Shown: positions 1 to 8,912, counted from the first letter of the stretch. The stretch: 26,863 nucleotides of DNA from an uncultured Planctomycetaceae bacterium (GCA_964518805.1 CAZFKF010000001.1:1-26863), one strand, 5' to 3'. Translations and numbers: made by a program. The notes: generated from the letters alone by a model not told the origin.

Positions 1-515
1 GAAAACGCCAGCCGGACGTACATGCCGCTCGAATAGTGCTTGACGGGGGTATCGAGAAATTCGTCGATCTCCGCGAAGGCGACGATCTCATCAAAGCGGC
101 GTCGGACGTAGGCCCGGCTCATCCCCAGAAACGCGGCGTTGAGAAAGACGTTCTCTCGCCCGGTCAGGTCAGGATGGAACCCCGTGCCGACCTCGAGAAG
201 CGAGCCGACGCGGCCGAAGATGTCGGCACGGCCGGAGGTAGGCTCGGTGATCCGGGAAAGGAGTTTCAGCAAGGTGCTCTTGCCCGCGCCGTTGCGCCCG
301 ATGATGCCGACCACCTCGCCCCGCTTAATCTCGAAGGACACGTCCTTGAGGGCCCAGAACTCGGCCGGCGGCTCTTCGCCGCTGCCGAGCATGCCGCTGC
401 CGCAGCCGCCCATGGGTTTGCGCGTCAGGCCGATCCACTGGAGCAGCCTGCTTTGCGGCTCGTAGCGTTCGTAACGCTTGCTGAGCTTGTCCGCTCGGAT
501 AGCGATGTCGCCCAT
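1..515 (-). CDS. wzt: Polysaccharide/O-antigen ABC exporter ATP-binding subunit (Wzt/RfbB family), partial; runs off the left edge
   Basis: Not in the ORF track because no stop falls in the window. Manual translation from ATG at 515 gives [15 protein letters not shown]...[44 protein letters not shown]...[15 protein letters not shown]...[17 protein letters not shown]: Walker A (GRNGAGKST) and the YSSGM signature typical of Wzt. Starts 9 nt after the permease stop. Confidence 0.93.
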   Translation of the reverse strand, partial: MGDIAIRADKLSKRYERYEPQSRLLQWIGLTRKPMGGCGSGMLGSGEEPPAEFWALKDVSFEIKRGEVVGIIGRNGAGKSTLLKLLSRITEPTSGRADIFGRVGSLLEVGTGFHPDLTGRENVFLNAAFLGMSRAYVRRRFDEIVAFAEIDEFLDTPVKHYSSGMYVRLAF

Positions 516-524
516 CGATCGCAC

Positions 525-1457
525 CTACAAGTAGTCCGGCAGCGTCCGTTCGACACGGCGGAAGAGATACAAGGCCAACACCAGCAGGGCCGCGCTGAGG
601 GGACCGGACAAAGCAAACACCTCCCAACCGAAGTCAGCGGTCCCAAGCAGCGACCAGCGAAACCCGTCCAGTACGCCTGCCACGGGATTCAGACTGTAGA
701 CCGTTCGCAGTCGCTGGGGGATCATGGCCGCCGTCTCGTAGATCACGGGGCTGGCGAAGAAGCCAACCTGCAACAGGACCGGCACCGTGAAACGGATGTC
801 GCGCCACCGAACACTTAAGGCGGCCATCCACAATCCAATCGCTAGCGCCACGAGGGCAGCCAGGGCGACAAAGAGGGGTAGGAGCAGCGAGGCAAGGCCA
901 GGGACGATGCGATAGTAGGCCAATACCGCCGCCAAGACCACCAGCGCCACCTCCCAATCCACCAGCCCAACGATAACGGTCGCCAGGGGAAACGCCAGCC
1001 GCGGGCAGTAGACTTTGGTGATCAGGTGGACGTTGTTGGGCAAGCTGTTGGCCGTCGAGGTCAGCACCGAGGAGAAGAAGTTCCACACGACGATGCCGCA
1101 CAGCAAGCTGACCACGTAAGGCACGCCCGACGCCGTCGGCGAGTGCCCCAGGAGACCGAAGAAGACCACGAAGACGGCGAGACTGAACAACGGCTGCAAG
1201 AGCGACCACGCGATGCCCAGCAGGCTCTGGCGATAGCGGCTCTTCAAGTCGCGCGCTGCCAGCAGCCATACCAGCTCGCGAAACCGCCACAGTTCGCTCA
1301 GGTCGACGAGTTTGAGGCCCGACTCCCGTTCGATTACTGTATGGAGCGGCGTCGACGAGGAGCCGCTGTCCGGCCGACCCGGCCATTCATTGGCTTCGCC
1401 CGGTGCTGTCTCGTTGAACGTCACCCGATGGACTATGCTTGCCACGTCGAACCTCAC
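525..1457 (-). CDS. wzm: ABC-2 type polysaccharide exporter permease (Wzm/RfbA family)
   Basis: LWRFRELVWLLAARDLKSRYRQSLLGIAWSLLQP, KVYCPRL and FFASPVIY...LNPVAGVLDGFR motifs, about six hydrophobic segments, directly upstream of Wzt. Exact start uncertain. Confidence 0.92.
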   Translation of the reverse strand: MRFDVASIVHRVTFNETAPGEANEWPGRPDSGSSSTPLHTVIERESGLKLVDLSELWRFRELVWLLAARDLKSRYRQSLLGIAWSLLQPLFSLAVFVVFFGLLGHSPTASGVPYVVSLLCGIVVWNFFSSVLTSTANSLPNNVHLITKVYCPRLAFPLATVIVGLVDWEVALVVLAAVLAYYRIVPGLASLLLPLFVALAALVALAIGLWMAALSVRWRDIRFTVPVLLQVGFFASPVIYETAAMIPQRLRTVYSLNPVAGVLDGFRWSLLGTADFGWEVFALSGPLSAALLVLALYLFRRVERTLPDYL

Positions 1458-1508
1458 TCGTGCTCTTGCGTCGGCAAGTCAATATAGCCCCCGTGTGTTG
1501 CACGCAGA

Positions 1509-1523
1509 TTAGCGCGAGGTTAA
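1509..1523 (-). promoter_or_regulatory. Candidate 11-bp-period tandem site (TTAA-N7-CTAA) upstream of wzm
   Basis: Minus strand TTAAcctcgcgCTAA, about 50-65 bp upstream of the wzm start; same geometry as the triple repeat at 7291-7316. Confidence 0.25.
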
Positions 1524-1588
1524 TTCTGCGTCATCGGGCGCCGTTTGAGTCGGCCGACGTCCCTTGGGGATGAAGCAAGTTCCGCCGG

Positions 1589-3841
1589 CTACTTGCGCAG
1601 CCAGAGGTAGCGGAGAAGCCCGTGCAGACGGATGCCGCCGCCCAGGGCGAGGATGCGCTGCACCGGGCGCTGCGGATACGCCTGCTGGTATGCGTCCAGC
1701 TCGGTCTTGACCTCCTGAAACAAGTCCTCGAAGACCGGCTGAACTGCCTCGTAGAGGGCGGCGGAATTGGCGGCGCTGGCGGGGTTTCGCTTCCATTGCT
1801 CGGCTTTGGCGAAGGGGATGCGGAACTGGCGAACCAGGGCCTTGCTGGCCCGATCGACACCCATGCTCGCCGTGCGGAACCACAGCCAGTCCCGACCGCT
1901 GACGATGAAGTTGGTCGAATCGGCCCCGATGTCGAGGATGGCCACCGGCGCGTCGGAGGAGGGCGTTTCGGGGTGGGCTTCCGCGTCTGGCGACCCGAAG
2001 GCGTAGGACACGAAGTTGTGCAGGGCCAGGCAGTCGTGCTGGACGATGTCGATCCGTAGCCCCATGTTGTGCATCGCCGCCAGCCAGGTCTTGAGCAGAA
2101 GGCGATTGACCCCAAATAGCCCCACTTGGATCTTGCCCGGCGGATCCGCGAGGGCCGCGCTTTCGTCGAGAATGGCGGACCGCCATTCGAGATCCGCCAG
2201 CGCCATCGGGAACGCGCCGATGCCGGCGTACTGGAGGGCGGCGTCGAACTTGTCGGGGGTCAGCGGCGGCATTTCGACGGGGCGGACCCAAACGCTCCGC
2301 GGCGGCAGGCTGAGGCAGACCCGGTCCGCCGTGCAATCGTTCTTGGCGAAGAACATGCCCACCGACGCCTCGATCAGCGAGCGTTGTTGGGTCTCGCTGG
2401 CGGCCTGGCTGAGGATCTTGTCGTGTTCGACGACGTCGCAGGCGGCCAGGACGACCGGTTCGGCGGGATCGTCGCCGCGCGTGAGTTTGACCGCCTTGAG
2501 ACCGCTGGAGCCTAGATCGATTCCCCAGGCTGACCGTGCCCGCCGCTTCGACAGCCATCGCACGGCCTTCTGCCACAGCTTGCCGTCGTCGGGCAGCAAG
2601 TTGATCTCGATGGCCGCCTCTCCAAGTCCCTGGAGGGCCGCGCCGCAGGCCACGGCGAATCGCCCTGGATTCTGCAACAGCGGGGCGGGATCGAGGGCCG
2701 GATCGAGTTCAATCTGCCCCAGGCCAGTGGCCCACTCCACGGGGAGCCCGATCGCCGCGTGCTCAGGCAGCGTCTTCCATCCCGGTCCGATCTGATCGAG
2801 ATTGCGAGGATGGTCGCGAAAGCGTTTCTCCAACTTCGTGCACAGCAATGCCAGTTCGTCGTCCTGAGGCGCCATCTGGCGCGCCTTGGCCGCCAGTTCG
2901 ACAAGGCACTCGTCGATCAGCGGAGCGCTGCTGAGATCCCAACGAAGGTGGAGCATTTCCCATGCTCGATCGCGGATCGCCCGCAACTCGTCGGTCTGAA
3001 GCGACTCGGGGATTTGGCTCAGGATCTTCTTGACTTCGCTATAGCGGCACTTGGCCAGCCGGAGCTGAGCGACTTCCACCAGGCGGGCCGAAATCCGGGC
3101 CCCGAGCCGCGCTGCCTCGGCGTGATCGGGTTGCAGGGTCAGCAGCCGTCCTACCTTGGCCAACGCCTCAGGCGTCAGAGCCGCTTGCCCCAACGTGTCC
3201 AGTTCCACGCTCAACTGCCCAATGTCCCGGAGCGAGGATCGGCATTCCTCGATCAGGCGGGCGGACTCCTCGGTGCGAACCGCCGGCGGCACGGCTTCGA
3301 GCACCACCAACGCCTGTTGGAAGTCGCGACGAAGCATCAGGTCGCGGGCTTTCTTTTCCGCCGCGATGGTCTTCTCCTGCCAAGCCCGACTCTGGGAGAC
3401 GCACTGCGGAATACGCTGAGCGGCGCGCTCCGCGAAATCGCGCAACCGGGAATCCTGGAGGGCGGCGATGGTCCGCAACAGGGCTAGCGCCTTGTCGAAG
3501 TGTCCCTCTCTCTCCAATTGGGTCGCCCTGTCGAGTTCCCCGTCAAGCTGCGCTAGTTGCTCCTGGAGCCAGTCAAGAAGGTTGGCTCCGCAGGCCCCGC
3601 AGAACTTCTCCGTGGCCGCGTTCGACGTACCGCATTGATAGCACGGCTCCCAAAGCCCGTGGCCGCAGTCGTGACAGAAGCGGTTTGTGGGTGGGTTGAG
3701 CGCGCGACAGGCCGCGCAGCGAATGCGGTCACCGCGCGCAGGAGGCGCAGCAGAAGCGCCCCCGGCAACTGGATTCTCTCGACCGTCCGATGGCGGCGCG
3801 CTGTGGCCCGATGCCGGTTTGGTCGAACGGTGAACGGCCAT
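1589..3841 (-). CDS. pilM: Double zinc ribbon / alpha-helical / PilM-like (actin-fold) fusion protein, ~750 aa
   Basis: N-terminal CAAC...CHDC...CYQC...CGAC (four CxxC). C-terminal PilM/FtsA-like motifs: AWGIDLGSSGLKAVKL, VAILDIGADSTNFIV, KALVRQFRIPFAKAEQWK, ILALGGGIRLHGL. ATG at 3841 preferred because AGGGA lies just upstream and it avoids overlap with the stop at 3852. Confidence 0.82.
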   Translation of the reverse strand: MAVHRSTKPASGHSAPPSDGRENPVAGGASAAPPARGDRIRCAACRALNPPTNRFCHDCGHGLWEPCYQCGTSNAATEKFCGACGANLLDWLQEQLAQLDGELDRATQLEREGHFDKALALLRTIAALQDSRLRDFAERAAQRIPQCVSQSRAWQEKTIAAEKKARDLMLRRDFQQALVVLEAVPPAVRTEESARLIEECRSSLRDIGQLSVELDTLGQAALTPEALAKVGRLLTLQPDHAEAARLGARISARLVEVAQLRLAKCRYSEVKKILSQIPESLQTDELRAIRDRAWEMLHLRWDLSSAPLIDECLVELAAKARQMAPQDDELALLCTKLEKRFRDHPRNLDQIGPGWKTLPEHAAIGLPVEWATGLGQIELDPALDPAPLLQNPGRFAVACGAALQGLGEAAIEINLLPDDGKLWQKAVRWLSKRRARSAWGIDLGSSGLKAVKLTRGDDPAEPVVLAACDVVEHDKILSQAASETQQRSLIEASVGMFFAKNDCTADRVCLSLPPRSVWVRPVEMPPLTPDKFDAALQYAGIGAFPMALADLEWRSAILDESAALADPPGKIQVGLFGVNRLLLKTWLAAMHNMGLRIDIVQHDCLALHNFVSYAFGSPDAEAHPETPSSDAPVAILDIGADSTNFIVSGRDWLWFRTASMGVDRASKALVRQFRIPFAKAEQWKRNPASAANSAALYEAVQPVFEDLFQEVKTELDAYQQAYPQRPVQRILALGGGIRLHGLLRYLWLRK

Positions 3842-3851
3842 CGATTCCCTG

Positions 3852-6026
3852 CTATGGAAGCCCATCAGCAACGGGCTCCGCCCTGGCTTGCGCCTTCATC
3901 CTCGGGCCGGCTTGCAGCGACGGAACGGTGACGACCAGAACCTCAACCGTGATCTCCTGGCGCTTGTCCGGCGGTGTCTCCGACTTCGCGTTGGCCCTCG
4001 TCAGGAGCACGTCCACCGAGCGGCATTGGCCATCCTCATCGTTCGAGACAAGGCCCTCCAGCCACACCCCGTCGGAAATGGAGTGGGTCTGGGCCGGCTT
4101 GTCCATTCGCTGCTTGAACACTCGCAGGTAATGGCCCAGCACGGCTCGCGGAAAGCCCATTTCCTCAATCCGGACGTACGAGACATCGACGGGCTCGCAC
4201 CCTGCCCCTCCGTCCTTGGCCGCTTGGACTCCAGGCCAGCGGACGCGATGGGACGCCACCACCGACGCCTCCGGGTGGAGCGTGATTCCCGCCAACGGCA
4301 CCGCGTTCTCCGCATCCTTGGCGCGGTCTGATGCACGACGATCGCGGGCCTTTTCGAGACCCGCGATCAGCAGCCGTCGGCAATACTCCCTCACCACGGC
4401 CTCTTCCGCTGCGAGCCACGCCTTCCGCGCCTTCTCGGACTTCCCTTTCTCCGTCTTTCGAGCTTCCGCCTCGCTCTTCGATGGATCGCCCCGCTTCGCC
4501 GAAGAACGAACCGAAGCTGCGGCGCGTTTCGCTTCCTCGCTATCAGCGTTCGGACGGGTGTCCCGCACGCTTTTGAGCACGGGCAGGATTCCGGGCTCGC
4601 CAAAAAACGATTTCGTCCAGCCGGCAGAGACCAGCGCGTCGGGACTCTCTTCCCAATGTCGCGCGAAGGTACGCGCGAGTCGCAACCGGGCCTCGGTCCT
4701 GGGGATCGTGGCGGCAAGCAGCACTGTGGTCGGGCTCTGGCCGAGGGTGTCCATCGCCACTTGCCGCTCATTCAAGAGCGCCGCGACGCCCCTATCCCAT
4801 AGAACGCGGACGGCGCGAGCAACCCATTCGCCATTCGTCTCGGCACCGAGCGCGGCCGTACGCATGCGATCATCCCCCAATCCGAACACCTGGATCACGG
4901 CTTTATGGCTGCACTCCAGGAGTTGTCTCTCGATGCGCGTCTCGACCTCCGGAGCCATGCGTGCGCTTCGGAACAACAGCGATTGGGCTTCGAGGTTTTC
5001 CGGACGGTTCCGTTCCAGCAACGGAATCGCGAGATTGCGCAAGTCCGCGGCGCATGCCGGTTCCGCTATCTCCTTGGCGAGACGTTGCCGGATCCCGCTT
5101 CCTCCGCTTTGATCGATGACTCCGAGGGCCAGTCTCTGGAGGTCTGCAGGCGTTATCCGGCCTTGGCCGAAAGCGCGAACAACCCCGGGTTGGGTCAACG
5201 CCGCAAGCAGCACACTGTTGTTCTCGTCGGAAGGCGTCTCGGCCATGGCCTTCAACGTCGCCTGCAGCAGGGCTTCATCGTCTTCCAGACGCAAGGTGCC
5301 GGCCAAGATGTCGGCAATCAGTTGCCGGCCCGCCGACGTGCGGTTCGCCGCCAGCGTCTTCGCGATGAGAGCCAAGGCTTGCGGCGGAAGAGGCGGGGTT
5401 GCCAAGGGTGGTTTCGTGGCGGCTGCCGAGTCCTTGGCGTCGGTCGATGGTTTCGGCGCCAACAAGTTCCTCAGAAAGACCGCCTGTGGCTCCTCGTTCG
5501 GAAAACGCTCGGCCCGATACTCCAATGCGGCCAGCAACCGAGGGTCGTTTCCGGATCGAGCGGCGAAGAAGTCAGCGTCCTTCCAGGCGGCGAGATCTTT
5601 GGGAAGAGGTGCGGTTTGCGGCATCTTGGCTTCCGCAACGGACGGAGGCGTCGTTGCGGTGGGGCCCGGCGTAGGGTTGCCAGGACTTGCCGCCACCTTG
5701 GGTGGTTCGGCAGCGTTCTGTGCTTTCTTCGCTTCTTCTGCCGCCCGTTTGGCCTCGTCGTTCTTTCTCTTCTCAGCCTCCGCGTCCCGCCTGCGCTCCT
5801 CCTCTTTCTTGGCTTCTGACTCCCGACGGTCCTTATGTTGCTTGAGCCACTCCTCTTTGGACATTCCCCCCCAGGCAGCGAACGGGTCCGCCTTGCGCTT
5901 CCCATAGCCGCGCATCAGCACCGATCCCGCCACGGCAATCAACACGACAACAGCGACCGCACCCACGATCTTCCAAGGGATTTCGCGAGCCTTCCTGCCT
6001 CGGATCGTCTTCCCACGCGCTGCCAT
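3852..6026 (-). CDS. Hypothetical bitopic membrane protein (N-terminal TM, Lys/Glu-rich coiled coil, Pro-rich linker, helical domain), ~724 aa
   Basis: Long ORF; basic N-terminus followed by IVGAVAVVVLIAVAGSVLM; ESEAKKEEERRRDAEAEKRK charged stretch; its ATG (6026-6024) overlaps the TGA of the upstream gene (TGATG). Confidence 0.8.
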   Translation of the reverse strand: MAARGKTIRGRKAREIPWKIVGAVAVVVLIAVAGSVLMRGYGKRKADPFAAWGGMSKEEWLKQHKDRRESEAKKEEERRRDAEAEKRKNDEAKRAAEEAKKAQNAAEPPKVAASPGNPTPGPTATTPPSVAEAKMPQTAPLPKDLAAWKDADFFAARSGNDPRLLAALEYRAERFPNEEPQAVFLRNLLAPKPSTDAKDSAAATKPPLATPPLPPQALALIAKTLAANRTSAGRQLIADILAGTLRLEDDEALLQATLKAMAETPSDENNSVLLAALTQPGVVRAFGQGRITPADLQRLALGVIDQSGGSGIRQRLAKEIAEPACAADLRNLAIPLLERNRPENLEAQSLLFRSARMAPEVETRIERQLLECSHKAVIQVFGLGDDRMRTAALGAETNGEWVARAVRVLWDRGVAALLNERQVAMDTLGQSPTTVLLAATIPRTEARLRLARTFARHWEESPDALVSAGWTKSFFGEPGILPVLKSVRDTRPNADSEEAKRAAASVRSSAKRGDPSKSEAEARKTEKGKSEKARKAWLAAEEAVVREYCRRLLIAGLEKARDRRASDRAKDAENAVPLAGITLHPEASVVASHRVRWPGVQAAKDGGAGCEPVDVSYVRIEEMGFPRAVLGHYLRVFKQRMDKPAQTHSISDGVWLEGLVSNDEDGQCRSVDVLLTRANAKSETPPDKRQEITVEVLVVTVPSLQAGPRMKAQARAEPVADGLP

Positions 6027-7210
6027 CAATGGCTCCTTGAGCTGCCGAAAACTGCCAGTTGCACGTTCAGCCGCAGGCGCGGGACGCGCGGATGATCGGT
6101 CACGATCACGATCTCCCCGTGGTTGCTCGCCAAGAAGTTGCAGGGCGGCGCGTCAGAAGGAACCTCCACGGCGATTCGATAGACCCCGGCCTTGGCTGGA
6201 TCAACCACCAATGGGACCACGCGGACGCGAAGGAACTCGGGCCGGGTCTCGATCCGTTGGACCGCAATCCGCCGCGGCTCGCCGCGAACGATGAGTGTCA
6301 AGTGCTCTTGGATCGTCTCCCCCTGCTGCAAAACACCCAGCTTCAGCGCGTCGAACTCGATCTTCTCTCCCGAGATCTCCAGGAAACCAGGCACCTGCCC
6401 GCAAAGCTTGATTTGGCAGCTCTGGCGCGGCGCTGCCCCGTCGCGAGGGTCCACCTCAATGCGTAGGGACTCCGAGAAAGGGCCGCCGGTGGGCATATCG
6501 TCTGGCAACGTTATCTTGAGCCGATAGCCGGCAAGCGCGGCGTGCCGCTTGAGCCATTCCTTGTCCGCGGGCTCGACGCTGCACGCCACCTTCGCCCGGC
6601 TGGATTCGGTCTTGGCGACGACGAATCGCGGCCACTGTTGGGAGTAGACAAACGCTTCCGCCGTCTCCTTCGCCCCTGGCAAGACACTGCCGAAATACAA
6701 CTCATCCGGCTCGACGCCCAACAGAACCCGGACCGATCCCATGATTCGCAGCTTCAACTCGCGTTGGTCGGGATCGTTCGTGCGAATCGAGGCCGTCTGA
6801 TGGAAGGGCCCCTCCTTTTCCGTTGGTTTCAAGCGCAAAGTGATCCGTCCTTCTTCGCCGGGCATGATTGAGCGGTCGCTCAGGCCGCTCATGGTGCACT
6901 TGCAGGTGGTGGGCCCCTGCTCCAGTTCCAGCGGCGCGGTTCCCTGGTTGCGAACCACGAACACGTGTTCGACCTCGGCCAGCGGGGCCATGACGCCGAA
7001 ATTGTGTTCCGTCTTGTCGATGACCAGCCTCGGCCGGCCTTGGGGAATGGCGGGCGGCGGATCGGCGATTTGGACATTCTCTTTGACCTGCTCTACAGGC
7101 CGCGTCTCAGCGATCCGGGCCTGCAACGAATCCCACGCCTGAAGGCAAACCCCCGCGCCGCATAGCGTCGCCATGCTCAGGATGAGCACAATCCAGAACA
7201 ACCGCTTCAT
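6026..7210 (-). CDS. DUF1573 domain-containing (Ig-like) exported protein, ~394 aa
   Basis: Signal/anchor MKRLFWIVLILSMATLCGAGVCL; DUF1573 pattern IDKTEHNFGVM...HVFVVRNQGTAPLEL...TCKCT...IMPGEEGRI...IRTNDP. AAGGAG lies 5 nt before the ATG at 7210. Confidence 0.85.
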   Translation of the reverse strand: MKRLFWIVLILSMATLCGAGVCLQAWDSLQARIAETRPVEQVKENVQIADPPPAIPQGRPRLVIDKTEHNFGVMAPLAEVEHVFVVRNQGTAPLELEQGPTTCKCTMSGLSDRSIMPGEEGRITLRLKPTEKEGPFHQTASIRTNDPDQRELKLRIMGSVRVLLGVEPDELYFGSVLPGAKETAEAFVYSQQWPRFVVAKTESSRAKVACSVEPADKEWLKRHAALAGYRLKITLPDDMPTGGPFSESLRIEVDPRDGAAPRQSCQIKLCGQVPGFLEISGEKIEFDALKLGVLQQGETIQEHLTLIVRGEPRRIAVQRIETRPEFLRVRVVPLVVDPAKAGVYRIAVEVPSDAPPCNFLASNHGEIVIVTDHPRVPRLRLNVQLAVFGSSRSH

Positions 7211-7290
7211 CGACACTCCTTCCCACGCAGCGCATCGAGAAAGGGCACCAACGTACCCTGTCGTTAACGGCCCATCTTAAGGTTCACGCG

Positions 7291-7316
7291 TTAGTCGATC
7301 TTTAGGCCAACATTAG
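7291..7316 (-). promoter_or_regulatory. Triple direct repeat CTAA-N7-CTAA-N7-CTAA upstream of the DUF1573 gene
   Basis: Plus-strand TTAG at 7291, 7302 and 7313 (exact 11 bp period) in an AT-enriched intergenic gap about 80-105 bp upstream of the start. Confidence 0.4.
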
Positions 7317-7385
7317 AACTCGGTGAAGAACGCCCCGACGATCGAGTCCCACCCAAGCCTCGAGGAGCGGCCTGGATCTCGCCCC

Positions 7386-8804
7386 CTAGCCAGAACCAGA
7401 ACTACGCCGCAAGTCAATCGCGAGCAACTCCCTTTCGTTGCGCAAGAAGAGGATGCCGCCCGAGAGCGCGGGATACGCAAAACACGGAGCGGCCAACACG
7501 GGGTGTTCGGTGATGGCCAGGGGCGCCACGCCTTGGTCGGTCATCTGCAGCGAGGCCAGCAAGCCATTTTCGCCCCACAAGAGGTGGCGGCCTTCGACGG
7601 CGATGATCGTGCCATTGCGAATCCGCGAACGCCACTCCCACTGCAACTCGCCGCTAGCCAAGTCGAGGCATCGCAGCTTGCGGCGCGTCGTCGAATAGCC
7701 GCACACTCGTCGGCCCACGCACACCAGGTTGTTGTACTGGCTGTCGAGCAATTGACGCTTGTCGCGCCATAGTTCTTCATAGGAACCGCTGGGCAAGATG
7801 CGAATGCAGAGGTTGCCGATCTGGTAGCCCGACACGAAGACCATGTCCCCCGCCACCAGCGGCGTGGTGCCGTGGGCGGCTTCGTGATTGTTCGCGGAAA
7901 AAGGGATTCGCCAGCGGACCGCGCCGTCGGCCGGATCGATCGACACAAGGGCCTCGGCAGTCCACACGAACACGTGCCGTCGGCCGTGGACGGTGGCTGC
8001 CCGCGGCGTCGAGCAGCTTGCGCCATCGCGGGTTGCCGTCCAGAGGGTTCTTCCGCTCCCCTTGTCCAAGGCGATGACTCCAGCCCCGGCCTCCTTCCCG
8101 CCCAGGTTGAGAATCAGTCGCTCCCCATCCATGAGCGGACTTGCAGCCACGGGCCAGACGTCGATCTTCACCCGGTAGTCGTCGTGCAGGTTGCGGTGCC
8201 ACACTTCGGCGCCGTCGTCGAGGCGAAGGCAACACAACCGTCCCGTCGCCCCAATCGCGTAGACACGACCGTTGTCGATCACCGGGGTGCTGTAGGGGCC
8301 CGTACCGTAGCTGTGATTGCCGACGTAACTCGTGGGCCAGGAGAAATCCCACCGCGTGCTGCCCGTCTCGGTATCGAAGCACTCCACGATTTCGCGATCC
8401 TGCTTACGGTGCAAGAGGACCACCAAACCATCGATCGCGACCGGACCGGCATAGCCCGTGCCAACGTTGACACGCCATTTCTCCAACGGGCCGGCTCCCG
8501 ACCAGGAGAGGTTCAGGCCCGTCTCAGGCGAAGTCCCATCGTGCCGAGGGCCGAGAAGAGCCGGCCAACCCAGGGCGGTTCTTTGCGGCGGCGCAGCCTC
8601 GTGGCCTGCGGCTTCAGGCAGTGCGATCCGCTCCGCAGGCGCCGACGCGTCGCCCGAGGCCGTTAGGTCCCACGCCGGAGCGTGCTGCGTTCGCACGCCG
8701 GCCGAAGACCATCGCCGGCCCATCCAGTGCGCGCCGGAAACGACAATCCCCGTTATCGCCAGCAACAGGCCCCAGAAGACGGTGCGGCTCACGGCTCGTG
8801 ACAT
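7386..8804 (-). CDS. PQQ-type beta-propeller repeat protein (BamB-like family expanded in planctomycetes), ~472 aa
   Basis: WPALLGPRHDGTSPETGL, WRVNVGTGYAGP, CFDTETGSTRWDF, GPYSTPV, CLRLDDGAEVW, ALDKGSGRTLW, PALSGGILFLRN. GGAGG lies 4 nt before the ATG at 8804, preferred over 8900. Confidence 0.85.
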   Translation of the reverse strand: MSRAVSRTVFWGLLLAITGIVVSGAHWMGRRWSSAGVRTQHAPAWDLTASGDASAPAERIALPEAAGHEAAPPQRTALGWPALLGPRHDGTSPETGLNLSWSGAGPLEKWRVNVGTGYAGPVAIDGLVVLLHRKQDREIVECFDTETGSTRWDFSWPTSYVGNHSYGTGPYSTPVIDNGRVYAIGATGRLCCLRLDDGAEVWHRNLHDDYRVKIDVWPVAASPLMDGERLILNLGGKEAGAGVIALDKGSGRTLWTATRDGASCSTPRAATVHGRRHVFVWTAEALVSIDPADGAVRWRIPFSANNHEAAHGTTPLVAGDMVFVSGYQIGNLCIRILPSGSYEELWRDKRQLLDSQYNNLVCVGRRVCGYSTTRRKLRCLDLASGELQWEWRSRIRNGTIIAVEGRHLLWGENGLLASLQMTDQGVAPLAITEHPVLAAPCFAYPALSGGILFLRNERELLAIDLRRSSGSG

Positions 8805-8866
8805 GCAACCTCCGATGAACCACGACGGATTCGGGCACCGTGACTCCATCGAATAGGCGAGCCATG

Positions 8867-8887
8867 AGGCGAACTCCCTCTCCGCCT
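8867..8887 (-). other. Intergenic stem-loop with GAGGGAG loop after pilin A
   Basis: Minus strand AGGCGGA-GAGGGAG-TTCGCCT: 7 bp stem including one G-U pair, 25 nt after the pilin A stop. Confidence 0.35.
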
Positions 8888-8912
8888 GCAAGAATCCCAC
8901 TCGACGATCATG

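Noticed and set aside
36-818. 260 aa plus-strand ORF and many other long overlapping ORFs (e.g. 1509-2576, 4905-5819, 10171-11238, 13396-14322, 23059-24690, 25104-26123)
   Set aside because: Antisense or alternate-frame shadows of well-supported genes, expected in high-GC DNA; no recognisable motifs.
5700-5870. Low-complexity GA-rich tract as a repeat element
   Set aside because: Explained by the Lys/Glu/Arg coiled-coil coding sequence.
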